The position numbers were made by a program, and so were the translations under genes. Below the pieces are notes generated by a model. It was not told the origin of the DNA, ran no database searches, and saw nothing but the letters and a program-made list of their open reading frames with translations. From Bdellovibrionales bacterium (GTDB taxonomy: Bacteria > Bdellovibrionota > Bdellovibrionia > Bdellovibrionales > JAUICD01), in contig OZ241865.1 in the NCBI GenBank assembly GCA_965203275.1, positions 2,112,001-2,176,000 of the forward strand: DNA of 64,000 nucleotides. Direction: 5' to 3'. Shown here one piece after another: positions 40,041 to 50,467 of this stretch. Numbering within the stretch: position 1 is the first letter of the stretch; every line of letters begins with the position of its first letter.

Positions 40041-40733
40041 ATTCCTAGAAAACAGAAAGCTTATTTATCGTTATTATTGTTTGTTTTATCTTGTTTGGCA
40101 TTCGGGTTTAACAATTGTTATAAAGATAAGTTAGACAAGGTCGAAAGCCAGACATCTAGCTCTAAGATGACACACACAAACCCATCACCAATTCAAAGTT
40201 CAACACCGACCATAAACCCATCACCAAATCCCGAAGCAAATCAATCGCTAATCGAAGCCGTATGGGAAGGGAATATCAGTAAAGTAAGAGATGCCTTAAA
40301 TAATGGAGCGAACATTAATTTTCGTTGCAATGATGGCTATGCCAGTACGGCTTTAATGGTTGCTGTTAGAATGGGTGATATAGAGATTGTAGAGCTATTG
40401 CTAGAGGCCGGAGCCAACGTCAATGCTCAAGACATTAATGGCAAGACGGCTTTAATGTGGACATCTTCAATAGCCTTTACTTATTATTTAACATATTGGC
40501 CAGCTATAACGAAAATGAATCTTTGTACTGGTCTTCCTTGCAATGATACTCAGGGACCAATAAGAGAAAATGAACAAAACGTGGAACGTCTTAATATTGC
40601 AAAGTTATTGCTAGAGGCCGGAGCGGATGTCAATCTTCAAGACAACACTGGCAAGACGGCTTTATATTATGCTAGATCAGAAGATCAAGAGGATATTGTA
40701 AGGCTATTAAAAGAGTCCGGAGCTACAGAATAA
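40041..40733 (+). CDS. Ankyrin-repeat lipoprotein-like protein (paralog; the aligned start codon is ATT)
   Basis: ATTCCTAGAAAACAGAAAG aligns with ATGCATAGAAAAAAGAAAG of the upstream paralog; GFNNC leader. Confidence 0.85.
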   Translation: MPRKQKAYLSLLLFVLSCLAFGFNNCYKDKLDKVESQTSSSKMTHTNPSPIQSSTPTINPSPNPEANQSLIEAVWEGNISKVRDALNNGANINFRCNDGYASTALMVAVRMGDIEIVELLLEAGANVNAQDINGKTALMWTSSIAFTYYLTYWPAITKMNLCTGLPCNDTQGPIRENEQNVERLNIAKLLLEAGADVNLQDNTGKTALYYARSEDQEDIVRLLKESGATE

Positions 40734-40816
40734 TACCAATTCTATAAAGCCATGTATCTTTTGACTTTCTTAAAGCTGTGTTGCACTTTAAAGTAAGCTA
40801 GAGTGGGAGACACAGC

Positions 40817-41506
40817 TTGAATATCAAACAATATGTAGCTTATTATAGAGTATCAACATCAAGGCAAACTATTGGCTTGCAAGCTCAAGAGACAATGGTC
40901 AAAGCCTATCTTAAAGATCAATGGCCCCCTATCAAGTCATTCACAGAAAAGGAAAGTGGCAAGTGTGATAAGAATCGACCGCAATTGCAATTGGCTTTGG
41001 AGTATTGCCAACAGCACAAGGCTACTTTGATAGTGGCTACATTGAGTCGATTAAGTCGGGATTTGCATTTTATAACGTCTCTATCCAAATCTAAGATAGA
41101 TTTTGTATGTTGTGATATGCCGGATGCAACACCATTGACAATAAACTTGATGGGAGCAATAGCTCAATATGAAAGAGAAACTATATCTAAGAGGACAAAG
41201 CGGGCTTTGGAAGAGTTAAAAAGTCGTGGGGTAGAACTTGGAGCAAATAATCCTAAGGTAAGGGCAGGTCTTGAGAAATATCGTGAAAGACAAAAAAAAG
41301 AACAAGATAACAAGGTAAAGCCTCAAAAAGTTAAAGCAAACTCTCAAATAAATGAACCATCAAAGATCGAGCAAGCTGATCAAAAACATATTCAAGCATT
41401 ACAAATATTGAGACGAAACAAACATTCATGGAAAAGGATTGCCTACGAATTTAACCTGCACGGGTTTCAAACACGTTTAGAGGCAAGTGGCATCGAACAT
41501 CAATGA
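40817..41506 (+). CDS. Serine recombinase (resolvase/invertase family), C-terminal HTH apparently frameshifted
   Basis: YYRVST, ESGK, RPQL..AL, LSRLSRD, ERETISKRT; GKWHRTS continues in another frame after TRL. Confidence 0.9.
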   Translation: MNIKQYVAYYRVSTSRQTIGLQAQETMVKAYLKDQWPPIKSFTEKESGKCDKNRPQLQLALEYCQQHKATLIVATLSRLSRDLHFITSLSKSKIDFVCCDMPDATPLTINLMGAIAQYERETISKRTKRALEELKSRGVELGANNPKVRAGLEKYRERQKKEQDNKVKPQKVKANSQINEPSKIEQADQKHIQALQILRRNKHSWKRIAYEFNLHGFQTRLEASGIEHQ

Positions 41507-41533
41507 CGTAACGTATAAGAGAAAGGACTTTTA

Positions 41534-42409
41534 ATGATGCGGGTGATCTTTATTGTAGGACCTACAGGGGTAGGCAAATCAGATTTTGCGACTCATTGGG
41601 CTAAGTCTGTCAATGGTCACATCTTAAATGCTGATAGTGTTCAATGCTTTAAATCTCTTAATATTGGTGCTAATAAACCTTCAAGCTTATTGCAAGCAGA
41701 AGTTCCACATCATTTATTTGATATTGTAGAAGAAGGGCAGTCTTTTACTGCCGGAGATTTCAGAAGGACTGCACTTAAACAGCTAAAAAAACTTACAATA
41801 CAAAAAGTTTCTCATGTGTTTGTTGTAGGAGGTAGTGGTTTTTATTTACAAGCCTTACTTAAAGGCATGCCACAATTCCCTAAAGCCTCAACTCAAGAAA
41901 GGCAAAATATTATGAAGGACTTAAAAACTTATGGTTTAAATTTTCTCTATCAGGAGCTACAAAGCAAAGATCCTCTTTATGCTAAAAAAGTGCATCCACA
42001 AGATCATTACAGGATTGTAAGAGGGGTAGAAATCTTACGTATACAACCTAAGACGATCACTCAAATAGAAAGTGCATTTCAACCTGATGTTTTTCCATAC
42101 CCTAAAACTCTCATTGGTTTGAAATGTGAAAGAAAGCAACTAAAGAAAAACCTTCAAATACGCACAAATCAAATGTTGCAAGCAGGTCTCATAGAGGAAG
42201 TGGAAGCTTTATTGAAAAAAGGTTTAAGAGATTGGCCTGTTTTGCAAAGTGTAGGCTATAAACAGGTGATAGAACTTTTAGAAGGACGTATGAAACAAGA
42301 GGAGTTAATAGAAGGTATTCTCCGAGCAAGTATGAAACTTGCTAAAAAACAAATGACATGGTTCCGTAATAAATATTCTGATATTCATTGGATTAGTTTA
42401 TTTCCCTAA
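41534..42409 (+). CDS. miaA: tRNA dimethylallyltransferase
   Basis: GPTGVGKS, NADSVQ, VGGSGFY, SVGYKQ, AKKQMTWF. Confidence 0.95.
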   Translation: MMRVIFIVGPTGVGKSDFATHWAKSVNGHILNADSVQCFKSLNIGANKPSSLLQAEVPHHLFDIVEEGQSFTAGDFRRTALKQLKKLTIQKVSHVFVVGGSGFYLQALLKGMPQFPKASTQERQNIMKDLKTYGLNFLYQELQSKDPLYAKKVHPQDHYRIVRGVEILRIQPKTITQIESAFQPDVFPYPKTLIGLKCERKQLKKNLQIRTNQMLQAGLIEEVEALLKKGLRDWPVLQSVGYKQVIELLEGRMKQEELIEGILRASMKLAKKQMTWFRNKYSDIHWISLFP

Positions 42410-42604
42410 AAATAAAAAGGCTTTTAAATCCATCATCTGTCTACAAGGGTGTAGGGTTGCCTATCTAACAATCTTTAAAAGTATAATGCATTTTGAATGA
42501 TTTTTTTTATCAATAAATTTGTTGAAAGTGATCTAAGTCAAGAAGTCTAGTCTGTATAAAATAGTCCAAAAAGTATAGTTATTCAATACAGCAGTTAAAA
42601 TAAG

Positions 42605-44260
42605 ATGATCAAAATATTCTGCCATAAGATAATATTTCAAGAAACAATAAAAAATCATAAGGGAAATATGCCTATAATTAAAATTTTTATTTTAATAGTT
42701 AGCTTTTTATTTTGCATTGGTTGTATGCAAGATCCTTTTGGTTCATACCCTGAAAGCATAAGAAATGCTACACCACATGAAGAAATCAACCCACCTCTTG
42801 TAATCCCTCATCGCATGGTATCAGAAGATTTTGCTCAAATAACAGCAAGTCATAATGATCTATGGAGAGCTTCTGTTGGTAATGAATTTTCTATGGTGAT
42901 CACTAGCCGTATCTTTTTAGATGAAGAAGATTTTGATGATTTTATTGTAGAGATAGTCTCACCTCCTCTCATCGGTGAGGTTTATTCTTTTAGAGAAATA
43001 CAACAAGTCAGTTCAAAAGAAAAAAGATATCTTTTTAAATGGACGCCTAGCAGATCATTTACAGGAGATCATTTAAAAAAAGCCATCAATTTAAGATTTC
43101 AAGTCAGAACCGCCGGTCGCCTTAACCTCAACAAGCTTGAAAACTTCCCTGTCATTGTCTATAGGACATCCTTATTGGTCCGACCAGAAGTGACTTCTAT
43201 CACCATGCCATCAATACTGGAAGACGGGGAGGGATGTGTTATTCAAGTTCAAGTTTTTGATATTAATTCCAATGAAAATCATCCTCCTATCATTGAGTTT
43301 ATTAATATGGACGAAGATTATGACTTAACTGATTTGATTGCCTTTGTAGATAAAAAAATGATAAGCCAATATCTTTGGGAATTTGAGTTTCATTTTAAGA
43401 CAGAAATGCTAGACGAAATAAACAGAGATTCAATTCATTATAAATTAGGTGTACAAGCAAGGTCACACTTTAATGTACCTTCTCTTGTCAAAGCATCCCA
43501 CTTCACTATCATAAAAGACCAAAACAATATTCCTCAAATAACAGGGCCAACAAATATAACAGTTTATACAGGAACTCAATCTCATTTTCAATTACATGTA
43601 GAAGATCAGCTAAGAGAGTCCTTATCTATACAGATTATAGTCCCTCAAGACCAACACAATATACCAGGTTCTTTTGAATACTATACTCAAGAAAAAGATG
43701 AAGGTTTTGATATCACTGTGATTTGGAAAATATCAGAACAATCACTTTTACCTCATCTTGATACTGATACTGATATTGAAAGTAATGAATCCAATCAGTA
43801 CAACTTAAAGATAGAAATCACAAACAGCGATAATGGAGAACCGCTCCTTCATATCATTACAGCTCATGTCAATCCTGATATGCCTGAGTCATCGGTAAAC
43901 CTTTTCCCATTAATAGAACAGAATGAACAAGTAGACAATCATTCAGATCAAGTAGATACAGCAGATGTAGACAATCCTTCAGATCATGTAAACACAGAAG
44001 AAGATGTAGACAATCCTTCAGATCAGGTAGATATAACAGATGTAGACAATCCTTCAGATGATGCAACTACAGAAGATGTAGAAGATCCTACATTAGAAGA
44101 TAATCCAAAAAATTCTCCTGTAGAGGATAGTTCAACAGGTACACAACCTTCTGCTGACATAGAAGCAATAGATCATTCGCCATCTTCTCTAACAGATCCA
44201 CAAGTAGATCCTCTTTCAGATTCGGAAAAAACAAATGATGAAGCAGTAGATGAATCTTAA
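42605..44260 (+). CDS. Hypothetical lipoprotein with Ig-like segments and acidic DNPSDQV repeats
   Basis: IGC lipobox (start probably at the second Met, MPII); C-terminal tandem repeats. Confidence 0.7.
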   Translation: MIKIFCHKIIFQETIKNHKGNMPIIKIFILIVSFLFCIGCMQDPFGSYPESIRNATPHEEINPPLVIPHRMVSEDFAQITASHNDLWRASVGNEFSMVITSRIFLDEEDFDDFIVEIVSPPLIGEVYSFREIQQVSSKEKRYLFKWTPSRSFTGDHLKKAINLRFQVRTAGRLNLNKLENFPVIVYRTSLLVRPEVTSITMPSILEDGEGCVIQVQVFDINSNENHPPIIEFINMDEDYDLTDLIAFVDKKMISQYLWEFEFHFKTEMLDEINRDSIHYKLGVQARSHFNVPSLVKASHFTIIKDQNNIPQITGPTNITVYTGTQSHFQLHVEDQLRESLSIQIIVPQDQHNIPGSFEYYTQEKDEGFDITVIWKISEQSLLPHLDTDTDIESNESNQYNLKIEITNSDNGEPLLHIITAHVNPDMPESSVNLFPLIEQNEQVDNHSDQVDTADVDNPSDHVNTEEDVDNPSDQVDITDVDNPSDDATTEDVEDPTLEDNPKNSPVEDSSTGTQPSADIEAIDHSPSSLTDPQVDPLSDSEKTNDEAVDES

Positions 44261-44314
44261 TCAAGATAGTGGGTCGCAACAAGGAGTATAACAAAAAGAA
44301 AAAAGGATAGATCC

Positions 44315-45028
44315 ATGAGGTTTTATTATTTTTTTATTTTGATTATTTTTTATGCTTCTTTTGTACAAGCTGATATTTTTAAAGATTTACGAGCTTTAGG
44401 TGGAAATAATGTTTTGTTTAAAAAAGCAAAGCTCTTAGCTCCAGAAAAAAAAATCACTATTGTACAGAAAAGATTAGTAGATAGAAAACTCAGACATGAG
44501 TTTAATTTTGAAATGGCTTATCTTTTAGGTGGGGATGCTTTTTTAAATACTTCAAGGTTTGGAATAAATTATTTATTTCATATCACACCCCATTTGTCTT
44601 TTGGACTTAAAGGGACAATGGCTTTTAATCAAATTTCAAAAGAAGGTGAAGTTTTTATTGATAGGGCCATGAATTTATATAATGAATTTAAAAGTTTAAA
44701 ACCTCTAGTGCCTGATATAGATTATGAAAAATATGCCGCTTATTTAACCTTTGTTTGGTATCCTCTCTATGGAAAATTCAATCTTTATGAAATAGGTATT
44801 GGCCATTATGATCTTTACTTTCTTATAGGAGGAGGAAGACTATGGCTAAGGAGAGGGACGGCATTGGGTTTAACGGGTGGTGGTGGTTTAGCCTTTTGGT
44901 TAGCCAATCATTTTTCTTTAAGACTTGAGCTAAGATACGAAACATACAAAGCAAAAAGATTAAGTATCACATCTGGGCAAAGATTGCATTTAACAACATT
45001 AAATGTGGCATTAGGTTATATTTTGTGA
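44315..45028 (+). CDS. Outer-membrane beta-barrel protein (GltA/B/H-like)
   Basis: IVQKR..RHE, WYPLYGK, alternating beta-strands, aromatic C-terminus. Confidence 0.8.
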   Translation: MRFYYFFILIIFYASFVQADIFKDLRALGGNNVLFKKAKLLAPEKKITIVQKRLVDRKLRHEFNFEMAYLLGGDAFLNTSRFGINYLFHITPHLSFGLKGTMAFNQISKEGEVFIDRAMNLYNEFKSLKPLVPDIDYEKYAAYLTFVWYPLYGKFNLYEIGIGHYDLYFLIGGGRLWLRRGTALGLTGGGGLAFWLANHFSLRLELRYETYKAKRLSITSGQRLHLTTLNVALGYIL

Positions 45029-45105
45029 TCTTCAACAAAAATAAATTAACACCAAGGTCCGGAGTTTTTAGAGTGCAGAAAGTATAATATATTTTAAGGT
45101 GATCT

Positions 45106-46788
45106 ATGAAGAATATCATTTATACTTTATTACTTTGTTTTTTTTATTTCTCTGATGCTCAAGCAACACCTTCAAAAAAAGAAGTCCGTGAAACAGAAAA
45201 AAAGCTCTTAAATATTTTAAATAAAGCTTTATGGACACAGTCAAATGATGAAGACTTAAATCATTTTTTAACTGCTTTTAGAAAACATAAATGGCAAGAA
45301 GCTTTTTATATATGGGATAGCAGTTTCAATAAAAGTTCTTCATTTCTTCGATCTGAAACAGGCCAAGCTCTTTATGCTTATTTGCTGTTTAAAAATAATA
45401 TTAAAATTATGGGGCTTGAAACTCTTTTTACTATCCGCAATCCTATGAAAATATTAAATGAGTTAAGAGTTCTACTGCGTTCAGCTCTGCCTCACAATCA
45501 TAAAGTTTGGCATTTTGTGGAGGTCAAATGGAGTAGCCAATGGACAAAAGTGCTTGGTACTCAAACACAGAAGACCTTCGCATTAAGTCAAGCATTGTCT
45601 TTTAAAGACGCAATAAATATACAAGAAGCACTTGAAAATCTTCCAGAAGCTTCTATATCTCATAAACTACGATGGTATGCTACACTTATGTTTGCTGTGC
45701 GTGGCAATTCTCAAAGAGCAATAAAACAGCTTCAAATACTTATGAAACTTAAAAAACCACCTGTTAGTCGCCAGTTAATGTACTTAACAGCAGGTCGTAT
45801 TTTTATCCAACTTGGAAATTTAGATCAAGCTTTATCTTATTATGAGAGAATTTCTAAACGTTCTGATTATTGGTTATTGGCCCATGAAGAAATGGCATGG
45901 ATATCTATGTTGAAAAATGATCCTCAAAGGGCATTAGGTTATACTCATACTCTTATGTATCCTGTTTTGGCCAATCAAGTGGGTCCTGAACCTAGTTATC
46001 TCCATGCATTAGCTTCTGTAAAAGTCTGCGATTATTGGGAAGCTTTGGAAACTCTTAGAAAGTTTAAGATTCAATTTGCACCTAGAATTAAATCATTACA
46101 ATTTTTAGCAAAGCATGGCCACACAAAATCCTCAAGGCATTTAAGACAACGTTTTTTGTTAAAAGGTAAAAAAATGCCTTTAAGTATATTTCACTTAGGA
46201 TGGCGAGCTAAGAACTTACCTACTTTAGCTCATCGAGATCAAAAGCTATTTCACTTTACACGTACACAATATTTTTTAATCAAAGAAGCTAAGGTCATAC
46301 ATGATCTATCTAAAGAACTCAATGCCAAAGCAAAAGACAAAAATCTTGCGAAGCTGAGTCGCTATAAAAGGAGCTACTCTCAAAAAATTCTTGCAGGTTT
46401 AAAGCAAAAAATAGATCAAAAAATTAAGAAATACAATAAGCAGTTTTATAGAAGGCTTCAAAAACTAGCTAGCAAAGACTTGGTAAATATTCATAATGTC
46501 ATAAAAAAATTACATGTTGTAGAAGCAGAAGTTCTTCAACTTATGACCAATAGAACTCCTGCAACTGCTGATCAAATGAATATAAGGAGGCAAAATAAAA
46601 TTACCTTAAGTGCAGAAAATATTTATAAACATGATTCGTCTTATTCAAGGATATTTACAGATAAAGAAAGAGAATTATGGTTTGATGAACTAGGTTCTTA
46701 TCGTGTGCATGTTAATGTTGCAGATTGTGAAGATGGGAAAATTATTCCTATTCCAAACATTAAAGAAACAACAGAAACAGCAATATAA
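45106..46788 (+). CDS. TPR protein, GltC-like
   Basis: YWL.A.EE.AW, PEPSYL..L..VK.CDY, ELWFDELGSYRV...C. Confidence 0.7.
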   Translation: MKNIIYTLLLCFFYFSDAQATPSKKEVRETEKKLLNILNKALWTQSNDEDLNHFLTAFRKHKWQEAFYIWDSSFNKSSSFLRSETGQALYAYLLFKNNIKIMGLETLFTIRNPMKILNELRVLLRSALPHNHKVWHFVEVKWSSQWTKVLGTQTQKTFALSQALSFKDAINIQEALENLPEASISHKLRWYATLMFAVRGNSQRAIKQLQILMKLKKPPVSRQLMYLTAGRIFIQLGNLDQALSYYERISKRSDYWLLAHEEMAWISMLKNDPQRALGYTHTLMYPVLANQVGPEPSYLHALASVKVCDYWEALETLRKFKIQFAPRIKSLQFLAKHGHTKSSRHLRQRFLLKGKKMPLSIFHLGWRAKNLPTLAHRDQKLFHFTRTQYFLIKEAKVIHDLSKELNAKAKDKNLAKLSRYKRSYSQKILAGLKQKIDQKIKKYNKQFYRRLQKLASKDLVNIHNVIKKLHVVEAEVLQLMTNRTPATADQMNIRRQNKITLSAENIYKHDSSYSRIFTDKERELWFDELGSYRVHVNVADCEDGKIIPIPNIKETTETAI

Positions 46789-46824
46789 TAATAAAAAAAT
46801 TAAGTAAAATAAGATAGTTAAGGA

Positions 46825-47174
46825 GAACTTTTTCCTTAACATGATGTAAAGAAACGAAGGGATCCTCCATACTCAAAGTGGTCAGGCTTTTGAGGAGATG
46901 AGCATTTTATCGACGGCGAGAAAATAAACATCTTGTTTCCTTAACATGGTGTTAAGAAATGAGGACATCCTTCTTCCTAAAATTGAACAGGCTTTTGAGG
47001 GCATCAGGCAGAAAAGGCATTTTGTTTCCTTAACATGGTGTTAAGAGACGAGAGGATCCTCCCCTACTAAAAGTAAACGGACTTTTGAGGTAGCCAGCCT
47101 TTGATCGACGGCGGTAGCCGTCGGGCTGGCTACCCAAAAGTGACCAGAGGTCAGTTTACTTTTAGTGAAACAGA
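46825..47174 (+). repeat. Family A cluster; clean reference copy at 47021-47174
   Basis: All helices intact. Confidence 0.92.
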
Positions 47175-47191
47175 ACGAATGAAAGGAACAA

Positions 47192-48280
47192 ATGTACAAT
47201 AGAATATTAAAAACTTTCTTTTTTTTAAATATTGTGGTGATAGGAGCATGCACTCAAGATTCTCATCTTTTGATGCTTAAACCCTCTAGCTCCCACTCTT
47301 TAGATTTATCTATTCATCAACAGCATCCTAAGTTCCCTTTAAAAATTTGGTTTGTAGTTGAAAGTTCCAGAGATATGACTTCTCATAAAGAGCTTTGGAC
47401 TTGGTATATAGAGTATTTTTTAAAATCTTTGCTCTTACAAAAACAGGTGATTGATTTTCATATCCAATGGACACTTGCTTCCTCTGATCCAGAAGTCGCT
47501 TCTGATGTTGTAGGCTCAAATGTTTTCACCCATGAAAACCTAGATAATATGTTTCAAGAAAATCAACTACAACTCGAAAGCCTTCAAAATATTTTAAGTT
47601 TAGAGTCTTTGAATAATGACTTTTTAGGGGCGACTGTAAGACTTCTTGATAGCAATCAACAGAAAGATCAAAGCCATTTGTTGATTGTTTTTGTTGGAGG
47701 AGACAGCTTAAATAATTTATCTCTTATGGATAATTTTTCTGAAAAACTTTTAGCATTTCAATCCAATCAAAAAAATAAAATTACCCTTTTATCTCTTCAA
47801 CCACTTCTGACTAATTGCTCTACTTTTAGAAGGTCTAATGAAAACAGCCTCAGTGAGTTTATAGGTGTGTTAGATGGTGCTACAATCTTCCTTTGTGATT
47901 CTGGCACAGAGAGTTTATTGCAAGCAGCTCAATTTGTTTATCAACGTGTTGCTTTGATTCCTTTCACAAGATTACCTGTAATAGAGACAGCTCAATTATG
48001 CTATGGCCCTGACTTGATTTCTCAACATGCTCTTGAAGGTTGGTCTTATGTCCCTGAAGGCAATCAGGTGGCTTTAGCCTGGAATGTGAAGTTATCTTCT
48101 ACAGATGAGGAATCTTCTACAGATGAAGAATCTTCTCAAAAATCTCAAGCTGAAGAAAATAAAGAAGACCCATTAAAAACTTCTTACTGCAAGGAAAACA
48201 ATCCTCAAAAAAATGCATTTTATTTAAATTACATGCCTGTGATTCCAGATCAGACTGTCGAAACATTTGACAATCGTTGA
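47192..48280 (+). CDS. Hypothetical lipoprotein
   Basis: IGAC lipobox, long ORF. Confidence 0.65.
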   Translation: MYNRILKTFFFLNIVVIGACTQDSHLLMLKPSSSHSLDLSIHQQHPKFPLKIWFVVESSRDMTSHKELWTWYIEYFLKSLLLQKQVIDFHIQWTLASSDPEVASDVVGSNVFTHENLDNMFQENQLQLESLQNILSLESLNNDFLGATVRLLDSNQQKDQSHLLIVFVGGDSLNNLSLMDNFSEKLLAFQSNQKNKITLLSLQPLLTNCSTFRRSNENSLSEFIGVLDGATIFLCDSGTESLLQAAQFVYQRVALIPFTRLPVIETAQLCYGPDLISQHALEGWSYVPEGNQVALAWNVKLSSTDEESSTDEESSQKSQAEENKEDPLKTSYCKENNPQKNAFYLNYMPVIPDQTVETFDNR

Positions 48281-48350
48281 TGACATCTTGCATTCGATAA
48301 AAAAATTATTTAAAATAAAAGATATAGGTATTTTATTTAGGGAGCAAAGT

Positions 48351-48899
48351 ATGAGAAGGTGCATAGTGTTTAATAAAAAAGGTTTTTCTATCATAGAGAT
48401 TATGGTTGTGGCTTCTATTTTAGGTTTGTTATCTTTAATGTTGATGCCTAGCTATCAGGAGTTTAAAAAGAACGGACATCGACAAGCTGCTAGGGTGCAT
48501 TTATCAACTTATCAGCGTTCTGCAAAAATGATGATTGGAGAGTTTGGATATAATCCAGGGAATTTTGTAGCATTGGGATTTCAACCAGAAGGAAATATTT
48601 ATTATAGGATTATAGCAGCTGATAGTAACAGAAACCCACCTGATTATTACCCAAATAACGATTGTTGTTTTTCAACTGGGCATGATTCTAATCATACTCA
48701 TACTAATTGTACTGGCACTAATGATTGTGTGGATTGTGGTGCAGGTTATCGTGATGCCTGGCAAGAAACATTATCTAATTATAGTAATAAAACTGCAACA
48801 GTTAATGGGAGGAGCTTTAAAGTGTATGCTGTTTCTGACAAGAGCGATGACTTTCTTTGTACCAATGAGGCTGATGTTTTTACTGGCGATTGTGGATAA
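48351..48899 (+). CDS. Type IV pilin-like protein
   Basis: KKG/FSIIEIMVV N-methylation motif; GFQPEG. Confidence 0.85.
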   Translation: MRRCIVFNKKGFSIIEIMVVASILGLLSLMLMPSYQEFKKNGHRQAARVHLSTYQRSAKMMIGEFGYNPGNFVALGFQPEGNIYYRIIAADSNRNPPDYYPNNDCCFSTGHDSNHTHTNCTGTNDCVDCGAGYRDAWQETLSNYSNKTATVNGRSFKVYAVSDKSDDFLCTNEADVFTGDCG

Positions 48900-49483
48900 T
48901 GCCTAATATAGTTTTAGTTTTTCTTGGATTATTTGGAGGGTTAGCTTTTCTTTTGATATCTAATCCTCTACACACAGCTTGTCGTTCTCAAATGACAGAG
49001 TTGACCCATCAACATACCCCTTTTTTTATTTTAGATAAATCGTTGAAGTTTCAAGAGAAAACAGAGCATCAACAAGCTTTAGAAGCCTGTCGAAAAACCA
49101 ATACTCCAGGGGGTTGTCTTCGGCTATTTAATGGAATCAGAGAATTAACTGGTAGTTTAGAATCTTTGCCTAGTGATTGCATCACGTCTCTTTGTACTCG
49201 TAAGGAGTTTAATCAACCGTTATGGGATGCAGTAGATATTTTAGTACGCATTGGGTGGGGAGATGTGCCACCTCAGGATATTTATGAGCAAACCCGTTGG
49301 TTAGATCGCTCTCACTTTTTGCTATTTTGTCGTATGAAAAAAATTTTAAATACATGCCATGGAGAGGATCGATGGAATCAAGAACAAGAAAAGATCCTTT
49401 ATAGTCTACCGGGGAGTGAAGATATGACAAGAAAGGATATATGGAGAAAGGCTCTTTTTGCTATTAGTTGTCGAAACCTATAG
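48890..49483 (+). CDS. Hypothetical Cys-containing membrane-anchored protein
   Basis: N-terminal TM followed by a Cys-rich soluble domain. Confidence 0.7.
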   Translation: MWIMPNIVLVFLGLFGGLAFLLISNPLHTACRSQMTELTHQHTPFFILDKSLKFQEKTEHQQALEACRKTNTPGGCLRLFNGIRELTGSLESLPSDCITSLCTRKEFNQPLWDAVDILVRIGWGDVPPQDIYEQTRWLDRSHFLLFCRMKKILNTCHGEDRWNQEQEKILYSLPGSEDMTRKDIWRKALFAISCRNL

Positions 49484-49491
49484 AAGGCATT

Positions 49492-50379
49492 TTAATCTCT
49501 TTGTCCAAAGCGTAGTTTCTCTCGCAGAGTATCAAAATAATGACTGGATGGAGGCATAAGCATTTTAAGTTTTTGCTGAGCTTTTGTGATAGCAATAGAA
49601 TCTTGAGATGTAAAATCCGTTTCTTTATGGCCGTCTACCAAGAACACAGCTTTTTGAGTTCGGTTGGTGAGTTTTAGTTCAATGGACTGCTCATTGGAAA
49701 TAGTGATTGGCTTATTGGTTAAACTATGAGAACAAATAGGAGAGATCACTGTTGCAGGCACTTCTGGTTCTGGACATACAATAGGTCCACCAGATGCTAG
49801 ATTATATGCTGTAGAACCTGTAGGTGTTGCTACAATCAAACCATCTGCTTTGAGGTGAGTGACTAAGTGACCATCTACAACAATGGATATATAGATCAAT
49901 CGACCTATCCGACCTCTCTCTAAAACAACATCATTTAAAGCTAAAAAAGTATGTGTTTTTTGTTTTGCTTTTGGTAATCCAATATTTTGTGTAAAAGTGA
50001 CATTTAAAAGGGAGCGGTAAGAAACTTGCAATTGTCCTTTTAATGCTCTTTTAATATTTATTTTGATTTCTTCCTCTGGAGTTTGTGTGAGAAAACCTAG
50101 AGATCCTAAATTGACACCAAGTATAGGGATCAGAGATTTATGAAATAACTTTACTGTTTTAAGATATGTCCCATCACCACCTAACACAATGGCAAAGTTT
50201 AAGTGATTGATGTTCGATGAGGTTATTTTTTCTGTACCAGGGATTGGCTCTTGATCAGGATGGCTATAGCATTGACAACCTTGGGAGTTAAGCCAATCGG
50301 TTGTTTTAACAGCTATGTCCCAAGCTTGCTTTTTTGTTGGCCGATAAATCACAGCAATTTTATGTTTATGCACTGACAT
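49492..50379 (-). CDS. nadK: NAD(+) kinase
   Basis: LGGDGT, NLGSLGFL, LND, ADGLIVATPTGSTAYNLASGGP. Confidence 0.95.
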   Translation of the reverse strand: MSVHKHKIAVIYRPTKKQAWDIAVKTTDWLNSQGCQCYSHPDQEPIPGTEKITSSNINHLNFAIVLGGDGTYLKTVKLFHKSLIPILGVNLGSLGFLTQTPEEEIKINIKRALKGQLQVSYRSLLNVTFTQNIGLPKAKQKTHTFLALNDVVLERGRIGRLIYISIVVDGHLVTHLKADGLIVATPTGSTAYNLASGGPIVCPEPEVPATVISPICSHSLTNKPITISNEQSIELKLTNRTQKAVFLVDGHKETDFTSQDSIAITKAQQKLKMLMPPSSHYFDTLREKLRFGQRD

Positions 50380-50467
50380 ATTGTCATCTCACATTGTTAT
50401 TTTACTTGTGTTATTAAGAGATAAGTCTATTTATCAGTCATACTTTAGTCAAGGCTTTTGTTTCCTC

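Noticed and set aside
47021..47174. Family A as a hammerhead or other known ribozyme or riboswitch
   Set aside because: It ends in GAAA, but no conserved CTGANGA core is present and I could not map a known consensus by eye; needs cmscan
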